Notes under the pieces: model-generated
Told to the model about the DNA's origin: nothing
What the model saw: only the letters and a program-made list of their open reading frames with translations
Database searches by the model: none
Translations under genes and position numbers: made by a program
Origin: Candidatus Binatia bacterium
GTDB taxonomy: Bacteria; Desulfobacterota; Binatia; Bin18
Length of the DNA stretch: 64,000 nt
Assembly (NCBI GenBank): GCA_963664395.2
Contig: OY761159.2
Location: 1,216,001-1,280,000 of the forward strand
Direction of reading: 5' to 3'
Shown here: positions 10,018 to 19,973 of the stretch, one piece after another
Layout: each line of letters begins with the position of its first letter
How positions within the stretch are numbered: the first letter of the stretch is position 1

Positions 10018-11160
10018 TTACATTCCTCTTCTCTCCTGCCCTCTGGTAGAGGTGAAATACATCCCGGGCAGTTGGGCCACTACTCCTTTTAATTCCAATC
10101 CAAGCAGGACTTCAAGAACCCGTGCGGCCTCAAGTCCGCTCCCGGTGATGAGGGTATCCACATGCACGGCCTCTTCTGCAAACAATTGAAACAGCATATC
10201 TTCGTCCGGCTCTAATGGAACGACGGGGACGATTGTGTCAGGTTTCTCGGTTCGGTCCGTCAGGGCCGGGGCTATCTCACTCAGTATATCATCAATGCTT
10301 TCCACAAGTTTTGCACCATCCTTAATCAGACGGTGCGGCCCTCGGCTTCGACTCGCCGTGACCGGGCCGGGCACGGCAAACACCTCACGATTCTGGTCAA
10401 GCGCACATTGGGCCGTAATGAGTGACCCGCTCTTTTCGGTTGCTTCCACCACAACAGTGCCCAGACTGATACCACTGATGACCCGGTTTCGATATGGGAA
10501 GTTGCCCGCTTCAGGTGGGCTGCCAAAGGAAAATTCCGATACCACCGCTCCACTCGCCGCAATACGCTCTGCCAAAGCTATATGCTCACGCGGGTATACT
10601 ACGTCAAGCCCCGAGCCTAAAACGGCAATCGTTCTGCCGCCGGCTTCAAGGCTGGCTTGATGGGCTTCAGAATCGATACCGCGGGCCAGACCGCTCACTA
10701 CGCAGACCCCACACCCGGCCAGCTCCCGGGCCAATTCGCGTGCCACCCCACGTCCGTACGCACTCGCAGTCCGAGCCCCGACTACGGCAATGGCCAGGTT
10801 ATCTTGGGGCGCGAAATACCCCCGAATATAGAGGAAAGGCGGGGGATCATGAATCTGTTTGAGGCGTTGCGGATACTCGACATCCGTCTGAGTGACCAAA
10901 CGGACGTTCATCCGTGTCAGTTGCTCCAGCTCGGCCTCAACTTCTCCCCAGCGATCAAACGCTTTAATCTCCTGCGCAATGCGGGCGCTGATACCAGCCT
11001 TGGTGAGCATGGCCAGCGGCGTCCGTAAAATCTCGTGCGGAGACGCAAAACGATCCAGCAATTGCCGGTAGGTCACGTTTCCAACCCCGCGTACCAGACG
11101 CAGGGCTATCCAGTCGCCCCAGTCGGCCCGAGCCGCACTATGGTTCGCTCCGTGTTCCAT
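10018..11160 (-). CDS. dprA: DNA-processing protein DprA/Smf
   Basis: VVSGLARGIDSEAH, FPYRNRVISG, SGSLITA; conserved dprA-topA-trmFO order. Confidence 0.96.
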   Translation of the reverse strand: MEHGANHSAARADWGDWIALRLVRGVGNVTYRQLLDRFASPHEILRTPLAMLTKAGISARIAQEIKAFDRWGEVEAELEQLTRMNVRLVTQTDVEYPQRLKQIHDPPPFLYIRGYFAPQDNLAIAVVGARTASAYGRGVARELARELAGCGVCVVSGLARGIDSEAHQASLEAGGRTIAVLGSGLDVVYPREHIALAERIAASGAVVSEFSFGSPPEAGNFPYRNRVISGISLGTVVVEATEKSGSLITAQCALDQNREVFAVPGPVTASRSRGPHRLIKDGAKLVESIDDILSEIAPALTDRTEKPDTIVPVVPLEPDEDMLFQLFAEEAVHVDTLITGSGLEAARVLEVLLGLELKGVVAQLPGMYFTSTRGQERRGM

Positions 11161-11335
11161 CCCTTTTCGACCTCACCACGCGGTATGCCACTCCCCTGTA
11201 CGGCTGCTCTTCGTTCGCTACAATCTTCTGGTATCCTGAGTATACTGGGTGGTAGGTTATTTTCAAAAATCATGGCACAAGTCAAAGGAAGTGGCGAACA
11301 AAAAACCCCCAACCCCTACCTAATCCCTAAATCTT

Positions 11336-13054
11336 ATGCCAACAGTACAGCAGTTCTTAGAAGAAAAGACGACGCGGGCCATTCAGACCGCCATCGGGAC
11401 GACCGCCCCGGCGATTATCAAACCCGCGGCAAACCCGAAATTCGGTGACTACCAGGCAAACGGAATCATGGCAGTCGCCAAGGCCCACAAACACAATCCG
11501 CGCCAATTGGCGGAAGCCGTTGTTGCCCAGCTCAACCCGGATGAGATTCCCGCAACGTGGGAGATTGCCGGACCAGGCTTTATCAATTTCCATCTTGACC
11601 CAAACTGGCTGGGACAGACCCTGCTCGCCACCGCCCGGGACGAGCATCTGAGCGTTGATCCTGCCGCCAATCCAGAAACCATCGTCATCGATTTCAGTGC
11701 CCCAAACGTGGCTAAATCCATGCACGTTGGCCATATTCGTTCAACTATCTTAGGCGACGCGCTCACCCGCATCCTGCGTTTTCTCGGGCACACGGTAGAG
11801 ACGGACAATCATCTGGGCGATTGGGGGACGCAGTTTGGCATGTTGATTGTGGGCTATCGCTCTTTTCTTGATAAGACGGCGTATGAGCAGGACCCCCTGG
11901 CCGAGATGGAACGCCTGTATAAAGAAGTACAAGCCAGGGCCACAACGGATTCGGCGATAGCAGATCGGGCGCGAGAAGAACTCGCCAAACTTCAGCAGGG
12001 AGATGCAGCAAATACGGCCTTGTGGAACGAATTTATGCAGGTTTCACGCCAGGCGTTCGAGCGCATCTATACGCGCCTGAATGTGAAATTCGACCACTGG
12101 CTCGGAGAGAGCTTTTACAATTCGATGCTCGCCGGTGTCGTTCAGGAACTGCGCGCTAAGAACCTGGCCCGTCCGAGCGAAGGGGCCATCTGTATTTTCT
12201 ACGATGAGGATACTGACCTGGCCGGGACCCCTTTCCTGATTCAAAAACAAGACGGCGCCTTCCTGTATGCCACAACTGATTTGGCAACGATTAAATACCG
12301 GGCTGAAACCTTTCAGCCGAATCGGATCGTCTATGTGACGGACAGTCGTCAGCAGCTCCATTTTCGGCAACTCTTTGCCGCGGCCCAAAGCTGGGGACAG
12401 GCTATGGCGCTGGAGCATGTCTGGTTTGGAACCATCCTGGGCGCAGACGGCAAACCGATCAAAACCCGTGAAGGCCAGCCCATAAAACTCGCCGCCCTGC
12501 TGGATGAAGCAGAGGAACGGGCACGAGCAATTGTCCGGGAAAAAAATCCGAGCCTGCCCGCCGCACAGCAGGCCCATATAGCCCGAGTCGTCGGCATTGG
12601 TGCGGTCAAATATGCCGACCTGATGCAAAACCGCACCGCGGATTACCGCTTTAGTTGGGATAAGCTGCTGGCCTTGGACGGCAATACCGCGCCGTATCTG
12701 CAATATGCCTATGCGCGGATTCGTTCGATTTTCAGGAAAGGCGGCTTCACCGACTGGCAGCCGGCTCCGCACATGCATGTCCGACTGCTGGCACCGGAAG
12801 AGCAAGCCCTGGCCAAACACATGCTCCGCTTTGGCGACGTGTTGCTCGAAGTTGAGCGCTCATATAAGCCCAACCTCTTAGCCAGCTTCCTGTATGAACT
12901 GGCCACGCACTTTAACCTCTTCTACCAGACGCATTCCGTTCTCAAGGCCCCGCAGGACCGGCAACCAACGCGGCTCTTATTATGCGCCCTCACGGCCCGG
13001 TATTTGAAAACGGGCTTGGACTTGCTCGGTATTGAGACCTTGGAGACCATGTAG
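11336..13054 (+). CDS. argS: Arginine--tRNA ligase
   Basis: FGDYQAN, GPGFINF, PNVAKSMHVGH (HIGH), GNTAPYLQYAYAR, C-terminal GIETLETM. Confidence 0.97.
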   Translation: MPTVQQFLEEKTTRAIQTAIGTTAPAIIKPAANPKFGDYQANGIMAVAKAHKHNPRQLAEAVVAQLNPDEIPATWEIAGPGFINFHLDPNWLGQTLLATARDEHLSVDPAANPETIVIDFSAPNVAKSMHVGHIRSTILGDALTRILRFLGHTVETDNHLGDWGTQFGMLIVGYRSFLDKTAYEQDPLAEMERLYKEVQARATTDSAIADRAREELAKLQQGDAANTALWNEFMQVSRQAFERIYTRLNVKFDHWLGESFYNSMLAGVVQELRAKNLARPSEGAICIFYDEDTDLAGTPFLIQKQDGAFLYATTDLATIKYRAETFQPNRIVYVTDSRQQLHFRQLFAAAQSWGQAMALEHVWFGTILGADGKPIKTREGQPIKLAALLDEAEERARAIVREKNPSLPAAQQAHIARVVGIGAVKYADLMQNRTADYRFSWDKLLALDGNTAPYLQYAYARIRSIFRKGGFTDWQPAPHMHVRLLAPEEQALAKHMLRFGDVLLEVERSYKPNLLASFLYELATHFNLFYQTHSVLKAPQDRQPTRLLLCALTARYLKTGLDLLGIETLETM

Positions 13055-13086
13055 AAACAAAAAATGCAGAAACGGAGGCAGGGAGC

Positions 13087-13911
13087 ATGGCTGAAACACG
13101 ACGGACAGATGGACCGGTTTCGATTACGTACGATATTGAAGGCAGTGGGTCTGTCGTTGTTTTCTTGCACGGCATCGGCGGCAATCGACTGAATTGGACG
13201 GGTCAACTGGCCCATTTTGGGAGGCGTTTTTGCGCGCTGGCCTGGGACGCGCGGGGCTATCTCGACAGTGACGACTCTCCCCAGACGCTACAGTTCAGCA
13301 ATTTTGCCGATGACCTGTGCCGTCTCCTGGACCGGCTCAAAGCCGACCAGGCCCACCTGGTTGGCCTGTCGATGGGCGGCATGATTATCCAGGACTTCTA
13401 TGGTCGGTATGCCGACCGGGTCGCCAGCCTCTCCCTGGTTGATACCTCGTCCGGTTTCGGCGGGGTTCCTGAGGCAGTCCGGCAGGACTTTCTCGCCCGG
13501 CGTCTTGAACCGCTGGAAAAAGGCTTAACCCCGGCAGATATTGCGCCTGAGGTGGTCAAGGTCCTGGTTGCCGAGAGCGCGGGGCAAGCCGTGCGCGAGC
13601 GGTTGATCGCCTCCATGTCGGCTCTGCGCACTGAGGCGTATAAACAGGCCCTGCACGCCATTGTGACAACCGATTTCCGTGAGGTCCTACCCCAGATTGC
13701 GGTGCCGACCCTGGTTATTGTCGGGGCAGAAGATCAGGTCACCCCGCCTTCGGCTTCGGAATTTCTGGTGAAACAGATTCCCGGCGCCGCGCTGGTGACC
13801 ATTCCCGACTGCGGGCATCTGTCGAATCTCGAAAAGCCCGACCTGTTTAATGCGGCCTTAGGCAAATTCCTGGACGAGCACGCCAGACGGGCGTCGAGCG
13901 TTGCCGACTAG
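13087..13911 (+). CDS. Alpha/beta hydrolase (PcaD-like)
   Basis: FLHGIGG, GLSMGG nucleophile elbow, GAED, CGHLSN. Confidence 0.85.
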   Translation: MAETRRTDGPVSITYDIEGSGSVVVFLHGIGGNRLNWTGQLAHFGRRFCALAWDARGYLDSDDSPQTLQFSNFADDLCRLLDRLKADQAHLVGLSMGGMIIQDFYGRYADRVASLSLVDTSSGFGGVPEAVRQDFLARRLEPLEKGLTPADIAPEVVKVLVAESAGQAVRERLIASMSALRTEAYKQALHAIVTTDFREVLPQIAVPTLVIVGAEDQVTPPSASEFLVKQIPGAALVTIPDCGHLSNLEKPDLFNAALGKFLDEHARRASSVAD

Positions 13912-13938
13912 TGCAAATGACGCTGCTGTAGAGCCGCC

Positions 13939-14009
13939 CGTCATTCCTGTGGAAGCAGGAATCCAGGCCCCCGCCGCCCGCTGGATGCCGGATCACGTCC
14001 GGCATGACG
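13939..14009. repeat. Palindromic intergenic repeat (GTCATTCC...GGAATCCAG / CTGGATGCCGGA...TCCGGCATGAC type)
   Basis: Outer CGTCAT/ATGACG pairing, ATCCAG/CTGGAT pairing and two internal hairpins; lies between convergent genes. Confidence 0.7.
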
Positions 14010-14076
14010 AGAGCCCCCTGCACGGCGAGAGCTGGGCGTGAGACGCGCTAGGGGCAACGGCCGCTGGTTCGTCTCT

Positions 14077-16146
14077 TTACCACGATCGGCTGCGGCGCGA
14101 ACGCCAGCCGTCTTCTTCGTCCTCTTCTTCAATGGGAAAAACTGGGTTCAAGATGCGGTGGGGAATGTCTTCCAGAAAACGCGACGGCTTACTGAGCACC
14201 ATGCCGGTGGCGCGATCAAAGATATCATTGATGGGGTACGAAATAAACAGGTTTTCTTTGGCGCGAGTGGCGGCGACATACATCAGCCGCCGCTCTTCTT
14301 CGAGTTCGTCCTCATTTATCTCGCCATCTTCTTTGTAGCGTGGGGTCGGGAAGCGACCATCGACCGCCCAGATGATAAACACCGAGTGCCATTCCAGCCC
14401 TTTTGCCGAGTGAATGGTCGACAGGATCAGCACTCCTTTTTCATCCCGGTCGGTTGCCGGTACATTTCCCACGCTGCTGTTGGGTGGCTCCAGGGCCATG
14501 GCCGATAGCAGCCGGTCCAAACTGCGGTAACGTTCGGTAATAATTGAAAACTGCTCCAGATCTTTTTGGCGCTTGGAATACTCGCGGTCGTCTAGATTAT
14601 TCCGTTTGAGAATCGGCAAATAGTACTGCACGATCAGGTCAACCTGCTCGCGCGGCGATAGGATGGGGTCAGAAACCGACTGGAGCGCGGCGGCCAGTTT
14701 CTGCACCTCAGTCCTGACCGCTCCGCGCCCGGGATACTCAGCTAGGCGTTGCAACGGCTCAGGCCCGCCAAGCATATGGTTGAGAATCTTGTCGCTGCTC
14801 TTGGGCCCGACACCTTCGAGCAGGAGGAGCACCCGGTGCCACGACACCGTGTCCTGCGGATTGGCGAGGACACGTAAATGGGCCAGAATGTCCTTGACAT
14901 GCGCGGTCTCAATAAACTTGAACCCACCCCGCTTCACGAACGGCAGATCGCGGTTGCTCAGTTCGATTTCAAGATCAAACGAATGGAAGCTGGCCCGAAA
15001 GAGCACGGCCATCTCGGTCAGGGGCACCCCTTCTTCGCGCAATTCCAAAATCTTTTGGGCCACAAAGCGTGACTCATGGCGCACGCTGTCGGCTTCAATC
15101 AGCGCCGGCTGAAGGCCGCTGTCCTTTTTGGTGAACAGGTTCTTGGTGTAGCTTTCCTTGGCTTGCAGAATAATTTCGTTCGACAGGTCCAGGATCGGCT
15201 GGGTGCTGCGATAGTTTTCTTCGAGCTTGATGATTTTCGTGTCGGGGAACAAATCCGGAAACTCAAAGATATTGCGGACGGTTGCGCCACGAAAACTATA
15301 GATCGACTGGGCATCATCACCGACCGCCATGACGTTGTCATGCACGTGGGCCAGCAGGCGCACAATTTCGGCCTGGAGCCGGTTCGTATCCTGATACTCA
15401 TCCACCATGATGTAGCGATAGGTACGGGAGAGCCGTTCCGCGACCTCGGGGTGGCTGCGCAGCAATTCCCGTAAATGGGTCAGCAGATCATCATAATCCA
15501 GCAAGCTGCGTTCGTGTTTATACTGCCGGTAATATTCTTCAATCCGGCTGAGGTCGTCGAGTTCGGAAAACAGATACGAAAACTGCGAGTCAAGCACCTC
15601 CGCCACGCTGGTGGTCTTATTGGCCGCCAGGCTGATGATCTTGGCAATCGTCTGTTTCCGTGGGAAGCGGCGAATTTTTTTGTCCAGTCCAAGGCGGGTG
15701 CGGATCAGATTAATCGCATCCTCGGAGTCGGTCCGGTCCAGAATCGTGAAGGCGTTGGCAAATCCGAGCAAGGAGGCATAGCGCCGCAGGACGGTATTGG
15801 CAAAAGAATGAAACGTCCCGCCGGTCACCTTGTCACAGCGTCCGCCCATTAACGCTTCGGCGCGCTGAATCATTTCTTCCGCGGCGCGTCGGGTGAACGT
15901 CAGGAGGAGCAGCGAAGCCGGATCAACGCCTTCTTCAATCATCCGCGCGACCCGAAATATCAGGGTGCGCGTCTTGCCACTGCCGGCTCCGGCCAGTACC
16001 AAAACAGGGCCGTCGCGCGTGGTGGCGGCCTCGTACTGACTGGGGTTCAACTCGTTCTTGTAGTCGATAGAAAATTGCCGCGGCCGGTTGTTCTCCGCAT
16101 CCGACCGCAGCACATATTTCAAGGGCCGATTTTCGTCGTGTTCCAC
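14077..16146 (-). CDS. UvrD/PcrA family ATP-dependent DNA helicase
   Basis: AGAGSGKT, MVDEYQDTN, VGDDAQSIYSFRGA, STIHSAKGLEW, EERRLMYVAATRAK. GTG start at 16146 inferred. Confidence 0.93.
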   Translation of the reverse strand: MEHDENRPLKYVLRSDAENNRPRQFSIDYKNELNPSQYEAATTRDGPVLVLAGAGSGKTRTLIFRVARMIEEGVDPASLLLLTFTRRAAEEMIQRAEALMGGRCDKVTGGTFHSFANTVLRRYASLLGFANAFTILDRTDSEDAINLIRTRLGLDKKIRRFPRKQTIAKIISLAANKTTSVAEVLDSQFSYLFSELDDLSRIEEYYRQYKHERSLLDYDDLLTHLRELLRSHPEVAERLSRTYRYIMVDEYQDTNRLQAEIVRLLAHVHDNVMAVGDDAQSIYSFRGATVRNIFEFPDLFPDTKIIKLEENYRSTQPILDLSNEIILQAKESYTKNLFTKKDSGLQPALIEADSVRHESRFVAQKILELREEGVPLTEMAVLFRASFHSFDLEIELSNRDLPFVKRGGFKFIETAHVKDILAHLRVLANPQDTVSWHRVLLLLEGVGPKSSDKILNHMLGGPEPLQRLAEYPGRGAVRTEVQKLAAALQSVSDPILSPREQVDLIVQYYLPILKRNNLDDREYSKRQKDLEQFSIITERYRSLDRLLSAMALEPPNSSVGNVPATDRDEKGVLILSTIHSAKGLEWHSVFIIWAVDGRFPTPRYKEDGEINEDELEEERRLMYVAATRAKENLFISYPINDIFDRATGMVLSKPSRFLEDIPHRILNPVFPIEEEDEEDGWRSRRSRSW

Positions 16147-16207
16147 ACCACACCCCGGTGTTTTTTGAAGATAGCCTACCCTAGCGCATCGGAAGACAGG
16201 GAGAAAC

Positions 16208-16232
16208 GGGGAGCCGCATGCTGTACCCCTAC
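16208..16232. repeat. Degenerate REP-like palindrome (GGGGCGCAGCATGCTGCGCCCCTAC type)
   Basis: 18/23 match to the intact copy at 24386-24408. Confidence 0.45.
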
Positions 16233-16271
16233 ACACTGACAACCACGACCCCTTCTGGTATGTAAGAGGCG

Positions 16272-16514
16272 ATGAGTCGCAGGACCGAACACCTGAACCT
16301 GTACGGCGTCAAATGTCCGTTGAATTGGGCCAAGGCCAAGGTTCGACTGGAATATCTCGACCAGGGCGACCAACTCGAACTTGTCATTGACGACCCCAAG
16401 GGCCGGCGTGATATTCCTCGTGCGGCAGAAGCGGAAGGCTATGCCATTGTTGATATTACACAGACGGTTGAAGCGGATGTCCCTCAGCAGTGGCGCATCG
16501 TGATTGAGAAATAA
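16272..16514 (+). CDS. TusA/SirA family sulfur carrier protein
   Basis: LNLYGVKCPLN, LELVIDDP, 80 aa, ends WRIVIEK. Confidence 0.85.
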   Translation: MSRRTEHLNLYGVKCPLNWAKAKVRLEYLDQGDQLELVIDDPKGRRDIPRAAEAEGYAIVDITQTVEADVPQQWRIVIEK

Positions 16515-16540
16515 TATTGAGAAATAATATTGAGAAATAT
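16503..16540 (+). repeat. 13-bp tandem repeat, about 3 copies
   Basis: ATTGAGAAATAAT ATTGAGAAATAAT ATTGAGAAATAT. Confidence 0.9.
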
Positions 16541-16541
16541 C

Positions 16542-16745
16542 ATGGCAGACGAGAGTCCGAAATTCGACCTCCTCAGGCTCGCCAAAGCGGTTTTTCAGCA
16601 TCGGCGGACCAAGCATCCCTACGGCTCAAACTACGCCGTCAGCATCCGTATGGGCCATGCGGATATTCAGGATTTCACGGCCATTGCAGACATCCTGCTG
16701 GCCGTTGAAGAGCTGGGCTACGAGATCAAAAAGAAACCGGAATAG
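16542..16745 (+). CDS. Small hypothetical protein (67 aa)
   Basis: ATG right after the tandem repeat; protein-like composition; fills the gap before the convergent MFS gene. Confidence 0.6.
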   Translation: MADESPKFDLLRLAKAVFQHRRTKHPYGSNYAVSIRMGHADIQDFTAIADILLAVEELGYEIKKKPE

Positions 16746-16753
16746 GCCTGGGC

Positions 16754-18049
16754 CTACTCAAACACCTGCTCGCCGGTGGCAAACAGCAGCCAGACCACCG
16801 CCCCGAAAACATACAGTCCGGAGGCGATCAAAAAGACCAGGCTCCATGAGCCGGTGGCATCCAGGATGTAGCCGGTCAGAGTGACGCCGATAATACCCGG
16901 AATCGTTCCGGCCGTGTTAGAAAGACCCAGGAGAATTCCGGCATACCGCGGGCCGATATCGAGGTGGTTCACAGCAAATCCGGACAGCGCAAAAGCGCCG
17001 AGTCCGAGCACGCAGCACATATAGATAATGGCCTGGGTTGCCGACGTGACTCCGCCAATGAGAAAGAGGAATAAGGCTGGACTGAAAAAGCCTATGCTCT
17101 GCATCAGCTTGCGCACAAAGGTGACGGACAGACCACGTTGCAGCATGCTATCCGCGAGCCAGCCAGCGACATTGGCCATGACAAACATGACCAGCCAGGG
17201 GAGGATGGTGTACAGCCCGACTTGGTGGATATCAACCCCAAGCGCCTGGTTAAAATACGTCGGCAGCCACGTCAGAATAACGTAGAATCCCCAGTTGGAA
17301 CAAAAATGGTTGATAATGATCGCCCAGACCGCAGTTTTGGACAGCAGGTGTCTCCACGGGATATGGGCGTTGGCTGGAATCGGCGGAACGTTCTCACGGA
17401 TATGGGCGACTTCTGTGGGGGCGATGGTTGGATGGGTTTCCGGCGTGTCGGTGACACGGGAGTACCAGAAGAGATACCAGATAAACCCGAGTCCGCCGAA
17501 CAGGTAAAACACCGTCGGCCAGCCCCAGGACACCACAATGGTCGGGGTCAGCAGCAGGGCAGCGACCGTACCCAGGGAAATACCACTCACATTCAGTGCG
17601 GCTGAGCGGGCCCGCTCCCGGCCCGGTACCCAGCGCGCAAAGAGATTATACATCGCAGGAAAGGCAACGCCTTCCCCCAGCCCCATGCCGACCCGGGCGA
17701 GAAAGAGCACCGTGAGTGAAATCGCCGCCGCGGGTGGCGTGACTAAGGTAAAGAAGGACCACAGCAACACGCCACAGCCAAGAACAATTTTTCCGCCATA
17801 GCGGTCTGCCAGCCAGCCACCGAAAATCTGGGTGGCCAGATAGCCGTAAAAGAATGAAGACAGGACAATCCCTTGGGTGGTTTGGTTCCAGCCATACTCC
17901 TGCGCCATGGGGAGAATGGCGACCGAGATATTGACCCGGTCGATATAACAAATAAACGTGCTGCAAAAGCACAGGCCAACCAGCGTAAAGCGGCGCGGCC
18001 AGTAGGCACGTAGAGCAGCCAGCCCGGACAATGGAACAGGGTCCGTCAT
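16754..18049 (-). CDS. MFS transporter, anion:cation symporter (ACS/SLC17-like)
   Basis: ICYIDRVNISVAI, GWLADRYGGK, GLGEGVAFPA, NTAGTIPG. Confidence 0.9.
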   Translation of the reverse strand: MTDPVPLSGLAALRAYWPRRFTLVGLCFCSTFICYIDRVNISVAILPMAQEYGWNQTTQGIVLSSFFYGYLATQIFGGWLADRYGGKIVLGCGVLLWSFFTLVTPPAAAISLTVLFLARVGMGLGEGVAFPAMYNLFARWVPGRERARSAALNVSGISLGTVAALLLTPTIVVSWGWPTVFYLFGGLGFIWYLFWYSRVTDTPETHPTIAPTEVAHIRENVPPIPANAHIPWRHLLSKTAVWAIIINHFCSNWGFYVILTWLPTYFNQALGVDIHQVGLYTILPWLVMFVMANVAGWLADSMLQRGLSVTFVRKLMQSIGFFSPALFLFLIGGVTSATQAIIYMCCVLGLGAFALSGFAVNHLDIGPRYAGILLGLSNTAGTIPGIIGVTLTGYILDATGSWSLVFLIASGLYVFGAVVWLLFATGEQVFE

Positions 18050-18144
18050 ACTCCGGTATTCCCCTTTTTTATCGAGAGCCGGGCTACTGTACCGGATTCT
18101 CCCGCTCTTGCGAACGCATAGGGGAGATGGGCCGAATGGTGGCC

Positions 18145-18552
18145 CTATGTGTCCGCTGCGCTCACCTTGTGCATCGAACCATCACTCAGTTCGTAATAGA
18201 CGGCAATACGCGCGCCTTCGGACAGAGGCGGCAGGCAGAACTCGGACGGGTGCGCTTCGTAGTAGAGTTGCTCAGCTTCTTCACACCGAGCAACGAAAGC
18301 CTCAAGGGCAGCCTGATAGCGGCTTTCTGAGACGTTGATCTGCCGCAACTGGAAGAGTTCGTCATCCGCCTGATGGAGCTGTTGCCAGACTGCTGGTTCA
18401 TTGTCAACGGGCCAGGCATCGATCTGAGCGAAAGGGAGGCTCAGAGGCTGGGTTGCAGCCACATACTGGAGCGTGAGGGGAGAAACCGCATGCGGTCGGT
18501 GCAACGCGGTCAAGGCAGGTCTCCCCCCTTTTCGTTGGGGGGCTGGTGCCAT
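18145..18552 (-). CDS. Hypothetical protein
   Basis: 135-aa ORF filling the gap between MATE and MFS, helical acidic C-terminal half, no recognised motif. Confidence 0.4.
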   Translation of the reverse strand: MAPAPQRKGGRPALTALHRPHAVSPLTLQYVAATQPLSLPFAQIDAWPVDNEPAVWQQLHQADDELFQLRQINVSESRYQAALEAFVARCEEAEQLYYEAHPSEFCLPPLSEGARIAVYYELSDGSMHKVSAADT

Positions 18553-18628
18553 GTCTCCATTCTACGAATGAACCGAACGGCAAAACAAGACAGGCTTGGG
18601 AGTGTGGGCGGCGTGGACACGCTGCCGG

Positions 18629-19948
18629 TTACACCCGAATCCGGGTCCAGCCGCCGGCCTGCCAACTCCAGACAAACGTGACGGACTGGAGGATACGATA
18701 GGCGAGGTTGGCGATCCAAATGGCGAGCAGACCAAATCCCCATATGGATTGCATGGCAAAGGCGATGGGCAAGAAAAGGCACCACTGCATAGTCAGGGAG
18801 ATCACCATCACCCGTCGGCTGTGGCCCGCTCCGTAGTGGGCATTCATCAGGACAACGCCGAGGGCTTCAAGCGTAATGGTCGCGGCAGTGAGTTGCAGCG
18901 GCAGCCGGGCGAGCGCCAGCGTCGTCGGGTCGCGCAGGAACAGCAGCAAAAACAGGTCGGGCGCAATCAGGGCAGGCAAGGCCAGGCCGCCGACCACCAG
19001 CATAGCCAATCGGGTGACATACCAGCCCCACATCCGCGCATCCTGCGCCTTGCCCGCGCCCAGCGCTTGGCCGACAAAGGAGGCCGCGACCAGTCCGAAG
19101 CCGTTCGTCAGTAGCAGCCACAGCAGCAGCAGGTTGGATAAGACGTGCCCCGCGGCCAGTTCCGCGGTGCCGATGTTACCCAGAATCCAGAAGAACGCCA
19201 GCATGCCGGCAGCAAAGAAGACGTGCTGAATACCGGCCGGAATCGAGAGACGCAACAGCGTCAGCAGAGTAGCCCGGTCCGGCCAGCGGGCCAGAAAACC
19301 TCCGTCGCGGGCGTGGCGCAGGGCGGTGAGCAGATACGCGGCCGACCCGATATACAGCGCCACGGTGGTGCCGATACCGGCCCCAACGACGCCCAGCCGC
19401 GGCGCGCCGAGGTTGCCGAAGATCAAGACCCAATTGAGAAAGATATTGATCACGTTCATCAGAATGATGGTGCGCATATAGAACTTGGACAGATTGACCG
19501 CGTTCCAGTAACCGCGGAAGACAAAGTTGATGCCCATGGCGAGCAGGCCGACCAGACGCGCCTGAAAATAGACCGTGCCGTGGCCGATGACCGCGGCGTC
19601 CGGGCTGAGCAGGGCGAACAGGTCCGGCGCCAGGCGTATCAGCAGAATCGAGGTGGGCAGCCCGAGCAGCATGACGAGCAATAGCCCGCCGTTCAACGGC
19701 ACTGCGATTTCACCCGTGCGACCGGCCCCCAGCCAGCGGGCCGAGGTGGCCTGCACGCCGGTCGCCAGACCGATGATAAACGCGCCGCACGTAAACGTAG
19801 TGAATTGCGCCAGACCGACCGCGGCCAGCGCACCATCGCCGAGTACGCCCAGCATGGCCATGTCCACCAGGTTCATGATGTTCTGGGAGATCATGCCTCC
19901 CATAATGGGCAGGGCAAGGCTGAGCGTCCGGCGCAGGCGGGAGGTCAC
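18629..19948 (-). CDS. MATE family efflux transporter
   Basis: LSLALPIMGGMISQNIMNLVDMAMLG, NIFLNWVLIFG.LGAPRLGVVGAG; about 12 TM. GTG start at 19948 inferred. Confidence 0.9.
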   Translation of the reverse strand: MTSRLRRTLSLALPIMGGMISQNIMNLVDMAMLGVLGDGALAAVGLAQFTTFTCGAFIIGLATGVQATSARWLGAGRTGEIAVPLNGGLLLVMLLGLPTSILLIRLAPDLFALLSPDAAVIGHGTVYFQARLVGLLAMGINFVFRGYWNAVNLSKFYMRTIILMNVINIFLNWVLIFGNLGAPRLGVVGAGIGTTVALYIGSAAYLLTALRHARDGGFLARWPDRATLLTLLRLSIPAGIQHVFFAAGMLAFFWILGNIGTAELAAGHVLSNLLLLWLLLTNGFGLVAASFVGQALGAGKAQDARMWGWYVTRLAMLVVGGLALPALIAPDLFLLLFLRDPTTLALARLPLQLTAATITLEALGVVLMNAHYGAGHSRRVMVISLTMQWCLFLPIAFAMQSIWGFGLLAIWIANLAYRILQSVTFVWSWQAGGWTRIRV

Positions 19949-19956
19949 GGGCGTGA
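19891..19956. repeat. Direct repeat copy 1 (5' end of MATE gene)
   Basis: 60/66 identical to 20631-20696. Confidence 0.9.
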
Positions 19957-19973
19957 TGGGTCCATCCGTGGGC

